Shown here: piece by piece, positions 1 to 9,395 of the stretch
Position numbering within the stretch: position 1 is the stretch's first letter
How the letters are laid out: each line of letters begins with the position of its first letter
Origin: Abditibacterium sp.
Lineage (GTDB): Bacteria; Armatimonadota; Abditibacteriia; Abditibacteriales; Abditibacteriaceae
NCBI GenBank assembly: GCA_965246885.1
Contig: OZ251992.1
Span: forward strand, 928,001-992,000
Length of the DNA stretch: 64,000 nt
Reading direction: 5' to 3'
Made by a program: the position numbers and the translations under genes
Notes under the pieces: generated by a model
What the model was told of the DNA's origin: nothing
The model's database searches: none
Seen by the model: the letters and a program-made list of their open reading frames with translations, nothing else

Positions 1-206
1 TTTTTCGATTGGCCAGTGCTGCGCGGGGCGTCATCGGATGGGGAGCCGTTTGTGGCGTCGTCGGCTTTTTGCTTAGCGCCTTCGATTTTGTGCTTGGCTT
101 GGTTCACGATGTCGCCCAAGTTCTGCGCGTGAACAGAAGGCATGGCAAGGCCGCTCAGCAAAACGGTGGTGGCGACGGACGCCACTTTGACGGATATGAG
201 TTTCAT
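1..206 (-). CDS. Secreted protein, 5' part only (runs off the window start)
   Basis: Not in the ORF track. ATG at 206 reads MKLISVKVASVATTVLLSGLAMPSVHA-QNLGDIVNQAKHKIEGAKQKADD..., a Sec signal peptide ending VHA, open to position 1. Confidence 0.75.
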   Translation of the reverse strand, partial: MKLISVKVASVATTVLLSGLAMPSVHAQNLGDIVNQAKHKIEGAKQKADDATNGSPSDDAPRSTGQSK

Positions 207-368
207 GGTTGCCGCTCTTAGCAAGCTGTCTTTGGCGGTTGTTGGTGTGCAACGGAACCGTCAATCCCCAACTATTTTGGCTTGCTGCGCGGCCAAAAAG
301 CAAATTGAAGGCCGTTTCCCGGTGTTCTGCCGCTCAAAGTCTGCTTTTGCCACACTGAGCCGCTAACT

Positions 369-473
369 ATGCCGCTTCTCAAAGAACTGCTTCAATGGTT
401 GCCCGACGCGGAAGTGGTAGGCGACGACGGGCAGAACATCGCGGGCAGGATGGCCGTGCTCCGCAGTGGTTAA
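369..473 (+). pseudogene. Diverged duplicate of the murE 5' end (about 25 codons), then unrelated sequence
   Basis: Reads [34 protein letters not shown] versus MurE MPSLKELLSSLPDAEVVGDDGQNIAAVNY at 2923. Confidence 0.85.
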
Positions 474-2702
474 GGCAACAGTTCGGCATCGAGCACGATG
501 CGGAAGTTGCCTTCTTGTTGGATGCCGAAGAGGAACTCGACGTTCACGCTCGCGCCCGGCGCGAGGGTGCCGCCCGGAAGCGGCGCCGTCCAACTGGAGT
601 TCAATCCGCCGCCGTTACCGGACGAGGTGGAAGTGAGCGGCGCTTCGGTGGGGGTAGTGGGGGCGTCAATGGTCATACCGTAGGCGGCGCGTTGAATGGT
701 GTGGGCGCTGTCGTAGTAGCGCACCCCACCCGACGAAATCGCGCGCAGGTCAGCCACTCCGCTCGCGCTGCTGGTGCCCGCCGTCGTCCCAACGATGCGG
801 AAGCGCAGGGCGCTTACGGCGCCGCCGGTGTGGTTGGTGATGGTGCGGCGGATGGTGAGGCGCCCCTTGGAGTCCACGCCACTGCCCTTGGAAGCATAGC
901 GCGCGATGGAATACACGCCGGGGATGTTCATCGGCGCGTTGGAGATCACGTCGTTGCGCTGGATGGTGGACGCCGTGTTGTGCGGGTTGGGGCTGCCCAA
1001 GCGCGCGGCGGTCAAAGGGCCGACGCCCGTCTTGTCAACTGTGCTGTTGAGAACGGTGGTGTCCACGAGGTTCCAGTCGGTGGCGAAGGTGCCGGTGTTG
1101 GACGGAGCGCCCGTCTCCAAACGGCGGATGTAGGCGAATTGGTCGTTATCGCTCGTGGGGCCGATGGTGCGCGTGGGAACGTTGTCTACGACCGCTCCGG
1201 CAGCATTCTGTAGGGACAACGCGGTGCCGTTGGGGATGTCATCGGTATAGGATATGTCTGGGGTGGCAATGGCGCTTAAGGAGTAGCCGCCGGAATTGGC
1301 GAGAAGCAGGTGCCCGTAAGCTGGAATAATGCCCACGATAGGAACAGTAATACTCCCGGCAACGAGACTCCACCCTTCAACGTTGAGCGCCGCGCCCGTC
1401 GTGTTCGCCAACTCAATGAACTCATCTTGCGGGCCGTTTGGCCCTTCCAAGCGCAACTGGCTAATCAGCGCGCCGCTTGTGGCGGGTGGCCCAATGTAAA
1501 GTTCGGCGCTCGAAAGAGCGTGGTTGTTACTGTCGGCTCCTCCTGTCACCAGCACCTTGCCAGAGGGCAGAAGTGTAGCCGTGTGGCGGTTGCGCGCCGC
1601 TGTCATATTTCCTCCGTCCGCGAAGTTGCCCGTGCTGGGATCATATACCCCCGCACTCGAGTAGTTGACGCTTGTAGAGCGGTCGCCGCCTCCAATTACG
1701 ACCACCTTGCCATCGCTCAAGAGCGTGGATGTATGCTCGTAACGCGCCAGCATGACCCTCGCTGTAGCAAACGTGCCCGTGCTGGGATCGTATAGTTCGG
1801 CGGTGGATAGAGAGTTTGAATCCGTATATCCCCCTGTTAAAAGCACTTTGCCATTACCTAAAAGCGTGGCTTTATGATTGATGCGAGCGTTGATCATGCT
1901 GCCCGTTGCAGTGAAGGTGCCTATGCTGGGATCGTATAACTCTGCGCTTGACAGGGGGTTAGAGCCGTCAACGGCGTGGCCACCGCCACCGCCTGTTACA
2001 AGCACCTTGCCGGAGGGCAGAAGTGTGGCCGTGTGAAAGTAGCGCGTTGCCGTCATGCTACCGGTTGCGGTGAAAGTCCCCGTGCTGGGATCATATAGCT
2101 CGGCACTCGATAGAGTCGTAGAATTACCAGCTCCGCCCGTCATTAACACTTTACCATTGGCTAAGAGCGTGGCCGTGTAATAGATCCGCGCCGCTATCAT
2201 GCTTCCAGTCGCAGAGAAGCCCGTCGCGGGGGCGTAGAGTTCGGCACTCGAAAGAGAGCCGCCGGAATCATTTTGTCCTCCGGCGATTAGCACCTTACCG
2301 TTGGTTAAGAGCGTGGCCGTATGGAAGCTACGAGCCACCGCCATATTGCCTGCCGTGCCAATGAAGCCGCCCATGCTCGAATTGTATATCTCGACACTCG
2401 AAAGAGGGTGGTAGTTGCTGTCAACTCCTCCGGCTATAAACACGGCGCCGTTGTTCAAGAGAGTGGCGGTATGGCCGAAACGCGCAGTCGTCATGTTTCC
2501 CGCTGAGGTAAAGGTCTGTGGCTGGGCGTGGGCAGGCAATGCGCCGATTAGCAGCAAAAACAACAGGCATAGCCAATAAGCCGCCTTAGCTGCGGGTCGC
2601 GGGTCGCGGGTCGCGGGTCGCGGGTCGCGGGTCGCGGGTCGCGGGTCGCGGGTCGCGGGTCGCGGGTCGCGGGTCGCGGGTCGCGGGTGAAAGTGTTTGC
2701 AT
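470..2702 (-). CDS. Secreted Kelch-repeat beta-propeller protein with a lamin-tail-like domain; likely ATG (2702) is out of frame because of a 7-bp tract
   Basis: About 7 repeats of R..HTATLL.(N/S)GKVL..GG...[12 protein letters not shown]-like [22 protein letters not shown]; signal peptide ...[12 protein letters not shown]. The ORF track uses an in-frame TTG at 2755. Confidence 0.85.
2592..2688. repeat. Perfect heptanucleotide tract (GGGTCGC)x13 plus partial units
   Basis: 13 complete units counted at 2594-2684. Confidence 0.97.
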
Positions 2703-2922
2703 AACAGGTGAGGGGACGCCCCGCCGATTTTATCTCGTATTGTTAGGGCGCCCAAATAGTCGCGCTAAGGCTACACCATCCTCTTGCCATCTGCAAGCGG
2801 TGAGAGGAATAATGCCCGGCGCCCTCTCCGCGTCGCGTGGCGGAGTGGCAAACTGGACGGCGATTTCCGGCTGCGCCCGTACGGGTGGCGGGTGGGGGCC
2901 GCAAGGGTGTTAAACCCAAGCT

Positions 2923-4422
2923 ATGCCATCTCTCAAAGAACTGCTTTCATCTTTGCCCGACGCCGAAGTGGTGGGCGACGACGGGCAGAACATCGCCGCC
3001 GTGAACTATGACTCGCGCGAAGTGCAGCCCGGTTCGGCGTTTGTGTGCATCCTCGGCGTGGCGCGCGACGGACACGAGTTCGCCGGGGCCGCCGTCGAGC
3101 GCGGCGCAACTGTCGTGGTGGCGCAAAACCGCGAGGCCGTCGCCGACTTGCCCGCGCACGTCACGCGGGTGTTTGTGCCCGACACGCGCCGCGCGCTCGC
3201 GATGATGGCGGGGGAGTTTTACGGGCACCCCTCGCGCGAGATGATGCTGGTCGGCGTTACTGGCACTAACGGCAAGACGACCATCGCCCATCTCGTCGCC
3301 GATTTGCTGCGCGAGGCGGGCTACAAATCGGTCGGCATTATCGGGACGCTCGGCGCCAAGGCCGAGAAAACCTACTACGATACGGGCCGCACCACGCCCG
3401 AATCGCTCGACTTGCAGCGATTGCTCGCCGAGTTCCTTGATGGCGGCAGCGAAGCGGTGGTGATGGAAGTCTCCAGCCACGCCCTCGCGCTCCAACGGGT
3501 CGCGGGTTGCGCGTTCGACGCGGGCATTTTCTCGAACCTGACGCAAGATCACCTCGACTTTCACGGCAACATGGAGGAGTATTTCGCCGCCAAGACGCTG
3601 CTGTTTACCGACGTTGCCCACGAAAGCGAGGCCTTCAAGTCGTACGGCGCCGTGCTTAATGCCGACGACCGCTACGGGCGGCGCCTCGCCGACATTGCGT
3701 CCGATGTGCCATCCATCACGTATGGCATCGAAAACGACGCGCACGTCAAGGCCGAGGGCGTCTTTTTACGTCCCGAAGGCACGCAGTTCGTGGCGCGCAC
3801 TTCGGGCGGCGACATCCCCTTCGACCTCCAAATACCGGGCCGCTTCAACGTCTGTAACGCGCTCGCGGCCATCGGCTTTGGCCTCCTCAAGAACATTCCC
3901 GCCGCGCAGATTCAAGCGGCGCTCGACCGCGCGCACGCGCCCGAAGGCCGCATGGAGTCCATCCAAGAGGGCCAAGAGTTCTTCGTCGCCGTTGACTACG
4001 CGCACACGCCCGACGGCCTGAAAAACGTTTTGTCCACCGTGCGCGAGTTCACGCCGGGTCGCCTGATTTGCGTGTTCGGTTGCGGCGGCGACCGCGACCG
4101 CACCAAGCGCCCGCAAATGGGCGCCATCGCTGCGGGCCTCGCGGACATCGTCGTCGTCACGAGTGACAATCCGCGCACCGAAGACCCCAACCGCATCATA
4201 GACGACGTGCTGAGCGGCACGAGCGGGAGCGGGGCGCAGGTTTCGGTCGAAGTGGACAGGCGCGAAGCCATCGAACGCGCCGTCGGCCTCGCGCAAAAGG
4301 GCGACTTCCTCGTCATCGCGGGCAAAGGCCACGAGACGTATCAAATCTTCAAAGAGCGCACCATCCACTTCGACGACCGCGAAGTCGTGCGCGAAGCCTT
4401 GGAACACCGGGGGGCGAAGTAG
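2923..4422 (+). CDS. murE: UDP-MurNAc-tripeptide synthetase (meso-DAP type)
   Basis: GVTGTNGKTT P-loop, TTPES, MEVSSH, NLTQDHLDFH, DYAHTPD, DNPR DAP-specificity motif, AGKGHE. Confidence 0.97.
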   Translation: MPSLKELLSSLPDAEVVGDDGQNIAAVNYDSREVQPGSAFVCILGVARDGHEFAGAAVERGATVVVAQNREAVADLPAHVTRVFVPDTRRALAMMAGEFYGHPSREMMLVGVTGTNGKTTIAHLVADLLREAGYKSVGIIGTLGAKAEKTYYDTGRTTPESLDLQRLLAEFLDGGSEAVVMEVSSHALALQRVAGCAFDAGIFSNLTQDHLDFHGNMEEYFAAKTLLFTDVAHESEAFKSYGAVLNADDRYGRRLADIASDVPSITYGIENDAHVKAEGVFLRPEGTQFVARTSGGDIPFDLQIPGRFNVCNALAAIGFGLLKNIPAAQIQAALDRAHAPEGRMESIQEGQEFFVAVDYAHTPDGLKNVLSTVREFTPGRLICVFGCGGDRDRTKRPQMGAIAAGLADIVVVTSDNPRTEDPNRIIDDVLSGTSGSGAQVSVEVDRREAIERAVGLAQKGDFLVIAGKGHETYQIFKERTIHFDDREVVREALEHRGAK

Positions 4423-5826
4423 ATGGCGGAACAAATGGGAAAGAACCGAGCGCGCTTTAAGTTGCGCGAAGCCGCGCAAGCTATGGGCGGAAGATATATC
4501 GGCACCCACGAGGCGGAGTTGGTTGGCGTCGTCACCGATTCCCGTTTGGTCGCAGAAGGCAATCTTTACTTCGCGTTAAAGGGCGAGAAGTTCAACGGGC
4601 ACGACTTTCTCCGCGAAGTCGCCCTCCAAGACGTTGGGGCAACCGTTATCTGCGACGAGTGCTACATCTACTCCCCGCACATCGTTGTTGATGACACCCT
4701 CCTCGCCCTCGGCGACCTCGCGCGTCACCACCGCCGCCGCTTCGACATCCCCGTTATCGGCATCACCGGCAGTTACGGCAAAACCTCGACGCGCGCTTTG
4801 CTCGATGCGGCGCTGGGCGCGAAGTTCAACACCCTCGCGTCGGGGGCGAACTTCAACAACGAAATCGGCGTGCCGATGACGCTGTTCCAGTTGGACGAGA
4901 CGCACGAGGCCGCCATCATCGAGATGGGGATGCGCGGGCGCGGGCAGATTGCTTATCTGGCGGGCGTCGCCGAGCCGAGTGTGGGCGTCATCACCAACAT
5001 CGGGCCGCAACACATCGAACTGCTCGGCTCCTTGGAGGAAATCGCGCGCGCCAAAGCCGAGTTGGTCGAGGCGCTCCCCGCCGATGGCCTCGCGGTTTTG
5101 CCGTTCGATTCGCCGCTTTTCGAGATGCTCCGCGCAAAATGCCCCTGCCGAGTCGTCACCTTCGGGGCGGGCGAGGGCGCCGATTACCGCGTCGTGGGCG
5201 TGCAAGTCAGTCCCGATGGCGGCGTGGAGTTCTCCATCGAGTTCGGCATCGGCGCCAAGTCGCAGCCCGTCACGCTCGCGGTTCCCGGCGTTCACAACGC
5301 GCTCAACACTTCCGCCGCCTTCGCCGTCGCGCACCAATTGGGCGTCGAAGCGGGTGACATCGCCCTCGCGTTGGAGAGCGCCGAACTCCCCGGCGCGCGG
5401 ATGCGCGTCGTCCGAACCGCCTCCGGCGCCACGCTCATTGACGACTGCTACAACGCTGGCCCCGATTCCACGCGCGCCGCGCTGCAAACCCTGCTCGATT
5501 TCCCCGGCGCGGGCCGCCGCGTCGCCATTTTGGGCGACATGTTGGAGTTGGGCGCGTTCTCCGAAGCCGAACACCGGAAAATCGGCGCCTTCGCGGGGCA
5601 GTTCGTGGAACTGCTCGTCGGCGTGGGCGGCGAAACGCGGCCCCTCCTGAACGCCGCCATTGACGCCGCCCGCGAAGTCGAGAACGAAATGGAAACCCAC
5701 TGGTTCGCGTCTGCCGCAGACGCCCGCGCCGCCGTTCGGGACATGCTGCAACCCGCCGACGTGGTGCTGGTCAAGGGCAGCCGAAGCGTCGGCTTGGAAG
5801 CCGTCGTCGAGGAGTTAACTCAGTAG
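4423..5826 (+). CDS. murF: UDP-MurNAc-tripeptide--D-Ala-D-Ala ligase
   Basis: GITGSYGKTST, NFNNEIGVP, EMGM, DDCYNA, LGDMLELG, VKGSR; abuts murE. Confidence 0.96.
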   Translation: MAEQMGKNRARFKLREAAQAMGGRYIGTHEAELVGVVTDSRLVAEGNLYFALKGEKFNGHDFLREVALQDVGATVICDECYIYSPHIVVDDTLLALGDLARHHRRRFDIPVIGITGSYGKTSTRALLDAALGAKFNTLASGANFNNEIGVPMTLFQLDETHEAAIIEMGMRGRGQIAYLAGVAEPSVGVITNIGPQHIELLGSLEEIARAKAELVEALPADGLAVLPFDSPLFEMLRAKCPCRVVTFGAGEGADYRVVGVQVSPDGGVEFSIEFGIGAKSQPVTLAVPGVHNALNTSAAFAVAHQLGVEAGDIALALESAELPGARMRVVRTASGATLIDDCYNAGPDSTRAALQTLLDFPGAGRRVAILGDMLELGAFSEAEHRKIGAFAGQFVELLVGVGGETRPLLNAAIDAAREVENEMETHWFASAADARAAVRDMLQPADVVLVKGSRSVGLEAVVEELTQ

Positions 5827-6942
5827 ATGCCCGCCCCAACCCAAATGTGGATCATCCGCCTGCTGGATAACCCCTTGTTCATCGCCATGCCTTTTTTCCT
5901 CTTCTCGTGGGTGCTAATGCTACTGGGTGGCGGCGCGCTCATCGCGCGGCTCAAGTCGCTTAAAGGCATGAAATGGTCGCCGCGCGAGGACACGCCCGAC
6001 TCGCACCTGCAAAAAGCGGGCACGCCTTCGATGGGAGGGCTTGGGATCTTAGGCGCCGCGTCTCTCGCGTGGATTGCGGCGCTCACGATGATTATCGGCT
6101 TGGGTTATGCTGGTGGAAGAGGTTCGACGGGAATGGGCGTTTGGATATGGGTCGCGCTCAATCTCTTTTTCCTGTGCATCCTCGCGCATGGCGCTCTCGG
6201 GTTGGCCGACGATTTGTCCAAAGCGCGCGGAAAGGGCGGGCTGACTTCCAAGCAAAAGCTGGCTGGACAGATCGTGTTGGCCGCGCTGTTCCTTATAGCG
6301 GTGCGGTTATTTATGACACCTGCGGGAATCATCGCGTTGCCGGAGGAGCGCGGCTTATATTTCACCCTGCCCGTTGGCTTTCTGTGCCTGCTGCTGATTA
6401 TCGGCACCTCGAACGCGGTCAACCTAACCGACGGCATTGACGGCCTCGCGGCAGGTTTGTGCGTTCAAGTGTCGCTTGTCTTTGGTCTGTTGTTTTTCGA
6501 GACGTGGCATAACGCGGAAGTCGGATTCTTCGCCAGCGTTGCGGCGATTACTTGGCTCTGTTTGGGCGGCGCGTGTTTGGGCTTCCTCGCGTTCAACCGC
6601 AACCCGGCGAAGGTGTTCATGGGCGATACCGGCTCGCTTGCGTTGGGCGCGGCGTTGGGGGCGGGGGCGGTGTTGACGCGCTCAGTGTTTCTGCTGCCGT
6701 TCGTGGGGTTCGTCTTCTATATAGAGATGTTCTCCGTCATCGCCCAAGTCCTCTACTTCAAATACACCAAGCGCAACGGCGAGGGGCGGCGCATCTTTCG
6801 CCGCGCGCCGCTCCACCACCACTTTGAACTGGGCGGCTGGAGCGAATGGCGCGTCGTCGGCACCTTCTGGCTCGTCAACGCCCTCACGACCGCGCTCGGC
6901 CTCCTCCTCTGGAAAGCGAACATCCTGCCGCGCTTCCCCTGA
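5827..6942 (+). CDS. mraY: Phospho-N-acetylmuramoyl-pentapeptide transferase
   Basis: KAGTPSMGG, NAVNLTDGIDGL, VFMGDTGS, APLHHHFE; multiple TM helices. Confidence 0.96.
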   Translation: MPAPTQMWIIRLLDNPLFIAMPFFLFSWVLMLLGGGALIARLKSLKGMKWSPREDTPDSHLQKAGTPSMGGLGILGAASLAWIAALTMIIGLGYAGGRGSTGMGVWIWVALNLFFLCILAHGALGLADDLSKARGKGGLTSKQKLAGQIVLAALFLIAVRLFMTPAGIIALPEERGLYFTLPVGFLCLLLIIGTSNAVNLTDGIDGLAAGLCVQVSLVFGLLFFETWHNAEVGFFASVAAITWLCLGGACLGFLAFNRNPAKVFMGDTGSLALGAALGAGAVLTRSVFLLPFVGFVFYIEMFSVIAQVLYFKYTKRNGEGRRIFRRAPLHHHFELGGWSEWRVVGTFWLVNALTTALGLLLWKANILPRFP

Positions 6943-6991
6943 GCAACCGGGGTGTGGGAAAAGGCGTCTACCTTTGCCGGAGGCGAAGGCA

Positions 6992-7165
6992 ATGACGGAA
7001 GAAAAAAAGAACCCACGCGATTATACCCGTGCGGAAGAGTTGGAACTGCTGCGGCAACTCAGCGAGAAAATCCGGCTTGACCCGGCTTATGGATTTCAAC
7101 TGCTCCAAAAAGCGGGCATCTACGATGAGAACGGCGAACTGACGGAGAAATACCGTGACAGGTGA
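6992..7165 (+). CDS. Small 57-aa hypothetical protein (possible antitoxin or partner of the next gene)
   Basis: ATG at 6992 with GGAGG upstream; MTEEKKNPRD...LLQKAGIYDENGELTEKYRDR; overlaps the next ORF. Confidence 0.65.
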   Translation: MTEEKKNPRDYTRAEELELLRQLSEKIRLDPAYGFQLLQKAGIYDENGELTEKYRDR

Positions 7166-7775
7166 AGTTGAAGTCGGAAGGTGGGACGTTTACAAAGTCC
7201 CGCCTTCTTTTGTGTTGGGCTTTCACGGCTGCGACCGCGCGGTGGGAGAGGCCGTGCTGCGCGGTGACATCGACCACTTGTTGCCCAGCGAAAACGACTA
7301 TGATTGGCTAGGGACGGGCATCTACTTTTGGGAGGGGAATCCGCAACGCGCGCTCGATTTTGCCGTTAAGCGGTCAGGGGGCAAACCTAACTCACGCGGC
7401 GAAATCGCAGAGCCGTTCGTGTTGGGCGCAATTATCAACTTGGGCTTTTGCCTCGACTTGCGCGACTCGTCGTCATTGCTGGAAGTTCAATCCGCCTATG
7501 CCGACTTCGCTGCGACGACGGCAAGCGTGGGACGGGAGTTGCCGCGCAATGTGGGCGACGACTTCAAATTGCGAAGGTTGGATTGCGCTGTCGTTAATTC
7601 GCTTCACTTGCGCCGCGAAGTCCAAGGCTTGAGAGCCTACAACACAGTCCGCGCTGACTTCTGGGAGGGCGGCGAACTTTATCCCGGCGCCGGATTCCGC
7701 GAGCAAGACCATGTCCAAATCTGCGCCCGCGACACCCGTTCCCTCGTTGGCTACTTCCGGCCCATCGCGGAGTGA
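7155..7775 (+). CDS. Hypothetical protein with ADP-ribosyltransferase-like (H-Y class) motifs
   Basis: GFHGC, DWLGTGIYFWE and a C-terminal HVQICAR strand. The fold call is an inference. Confidence 0.6.
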   Translation: MTGEVEVGRWDVYKVPPSFVLGFHGCDRAVGEAVLRGDIDHLLPSENDYDWLGTGIYFWEGNPQRALDFAVKRSGGKPNSRGEIAEPFVLGAIINLGFCLDLRDSSSLLEVQSAYADFAATTASVGRELPRNVGDDFKLRRLDCAVVNSLHLRREVQGLRAYNTVRADFWEGGELYPGAGFREQDHVQICARDTRSLVGYFRPIAE

Positions 7776-7850
7776 CGCGCCGTTGTTGTCCCGCTGGGGC
7801 GCAACGATGCAAAATGTTCTGCGCGCTTTTGCGTCCTTGCGAAGCAACCT

Positions 7851-9335
7851 ATGAACGACTTTCACAACACAACCGCCGCCGTCATTGGCTTGGCGCGCGC
7901 CGGGGTTCCCTCTGCGCGGTTTCTTCTCGAACGCGGCGCGCGCGTCGTCGGCTATGACGCCAAGGAGCGCGCACAAGTGGGCGAGGACGTTCTCGCCCTC
8001 GAAGCGGCGGGCGTCGAATTGCGCTTGGGCGAACACGGCTTCGCGGGCATCGAAGCGTGCGACTTGGTGGTTTTGTCGCCGGGTTTGAAGGTGCATTTCG
8101 AGCCGCTCCGCTCGGTCATCGAAGCGGTCGAGGCGCGCGGCGGGGAAGTCATCGGCGAACTCGAACTGGCGAGCCGCTTTTGCCCCTGCCCCATCATCGG
8201 CGTGACGGGCACCAAGGGCAAATCCACGACGGTCAAGCTCATCACCGAAATGTTGCTCGCGTGCGGCGTGCGCGCGGTGAGCGCGGGCAACACCGGCACG
8301 CCGCTCATTTCCGTCTTGCCGCAGTTGGACAAGGACAGTTGGGCCGTCGTCGAAGTGTCGAGCTTTCAACTCGAAAAAGCGCCGACGTTCAAACCGAAAA
8401 TCGCCGTGCTGCTGTCGCTCCTCGAAGACCACCAAGATTACCACCCGACGTTGGAGCAGTATTGGGAAACCAAGCTGAGGATATTTGCGAATCAGGGGGA
8501 GGGAGATACGACGATCTTTAATGTGGATGATCCGCGTGTGCTCAGCCACTTTTTGCGCGATGAAAAGAGCGACCTGCCCTTAGCAACAACGTGTCGAGCT
8601 TTGGAAGAAGTTTCTGAACTGAAATGGTGGCAGGGAGTTGGTGATAAGGAGTTCGACACGTTACCTTGGGTATGGGGAGACAGTAGCCGCGAGTTTCTTC
8701 ACTTGTTCGCTTATCTGGTTGATCTTCGGGTTTCTCTTGCGGAATTTCCACTCAAAGGAACTCACAACATCTCAAATTTGGCGGCGGCTTTAGGTGCCGT
8801 TGCTTTGGTTGTGCATCTGGGGCCAAATGGTTTTTCATTTCCTGAAGAACGCAAGCAGCACTTGAACGCGATTCAGGAAATAATCAACAATTTCCAATCC
8901 CTCCCCCACCGCCTTGAAGTCGTGGCGACCAAAGATGGCGTGACTTATGTGAACGATTCGCAGTCCACGATTCCCGATGCGAGCATCGCGGCATTGCGGG
9001 CGTTTCCCTCTCCGGTGTCGCTGCTTTTGGGTGGGCGGGCGAAGATTGGCGCGGAGTCTTACGCGGCTTTGATGCGCGAAGTTGCGCGGAGCGGGGCGAA
9101 GATTTTCTTGTTTGGCGAGGCGGCGGGGCTGTTAGAAGAAGTGGCGCATAGGGAAAATGTGGAAAATTTTTGCATTTACAGGGAAAACACGTTGTCAGAC
9201 GCCTTGCAATTGGTGAAAATGAATAGCACTTCTGGAGAAACCGTTGTTTTGAGTCCCGCTTGCGCGAGTTTCGACCAATTTTCGTCCTATGAAGAACGCG
9301 GCGAGACGTTTCGGCGTTTAGTGCGCGCGCTGTAG
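7851..9335 (+). CDS. murD: UDP-MurNAc-L-Ala--D-Glu ligase
   Basis: VLSPG, GVTGTKGKSTT, EVSSFQL, LPHRLE, NDSQST, LSPACASFDQF. Confidence 0.96.
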   Translation: MNDFHNTTAAVIGLARAGVPSARFLLERGARVVGYDAKERAQVGEDVLALEAAGVELRLGEHGFAGIEACDLVVLSPGLKVHFEPLRSVIEAVEARGGEVIGELELASRFCPCPIIGVTGTKGKSTTVKLITEMLLACGVRAVSAGNTGTPLISVLPQLDKDSWAVVEVSSFQLEKAPTFKPKIAVLLSLLEDHQDYHPTLEQYWETKLRIFANQGEGDTTIFNVDDPRVLSHFLRDEKSDLPLATTCRALEEVSELKWWQGVGDKEFDTLPWVWGDSSREFLHLFAYLVDLRVSLAEFPLKGTHNISNLAAALGAVALVVHLGPNGFSFPEERKQHLNAIQEIINNFQSLPHRLEVVATKDGVTYVNDSQSTIPDASIAALRAFPSPVSLLLGGRAKIGAESYAALMREVARSGAKIFLFGEAAGLLEEVAHRENVENFCIYRENTLSDALQLVKMNSTSGETVVLSPACASFDQFSSYEERGETFRRLVRAL

Positions 9336-9395
9336 AGTTCTTTCACAATCCGGTTTCCCGCTTCTCCACTTCACACCACCATCGCAGCCAACAAT

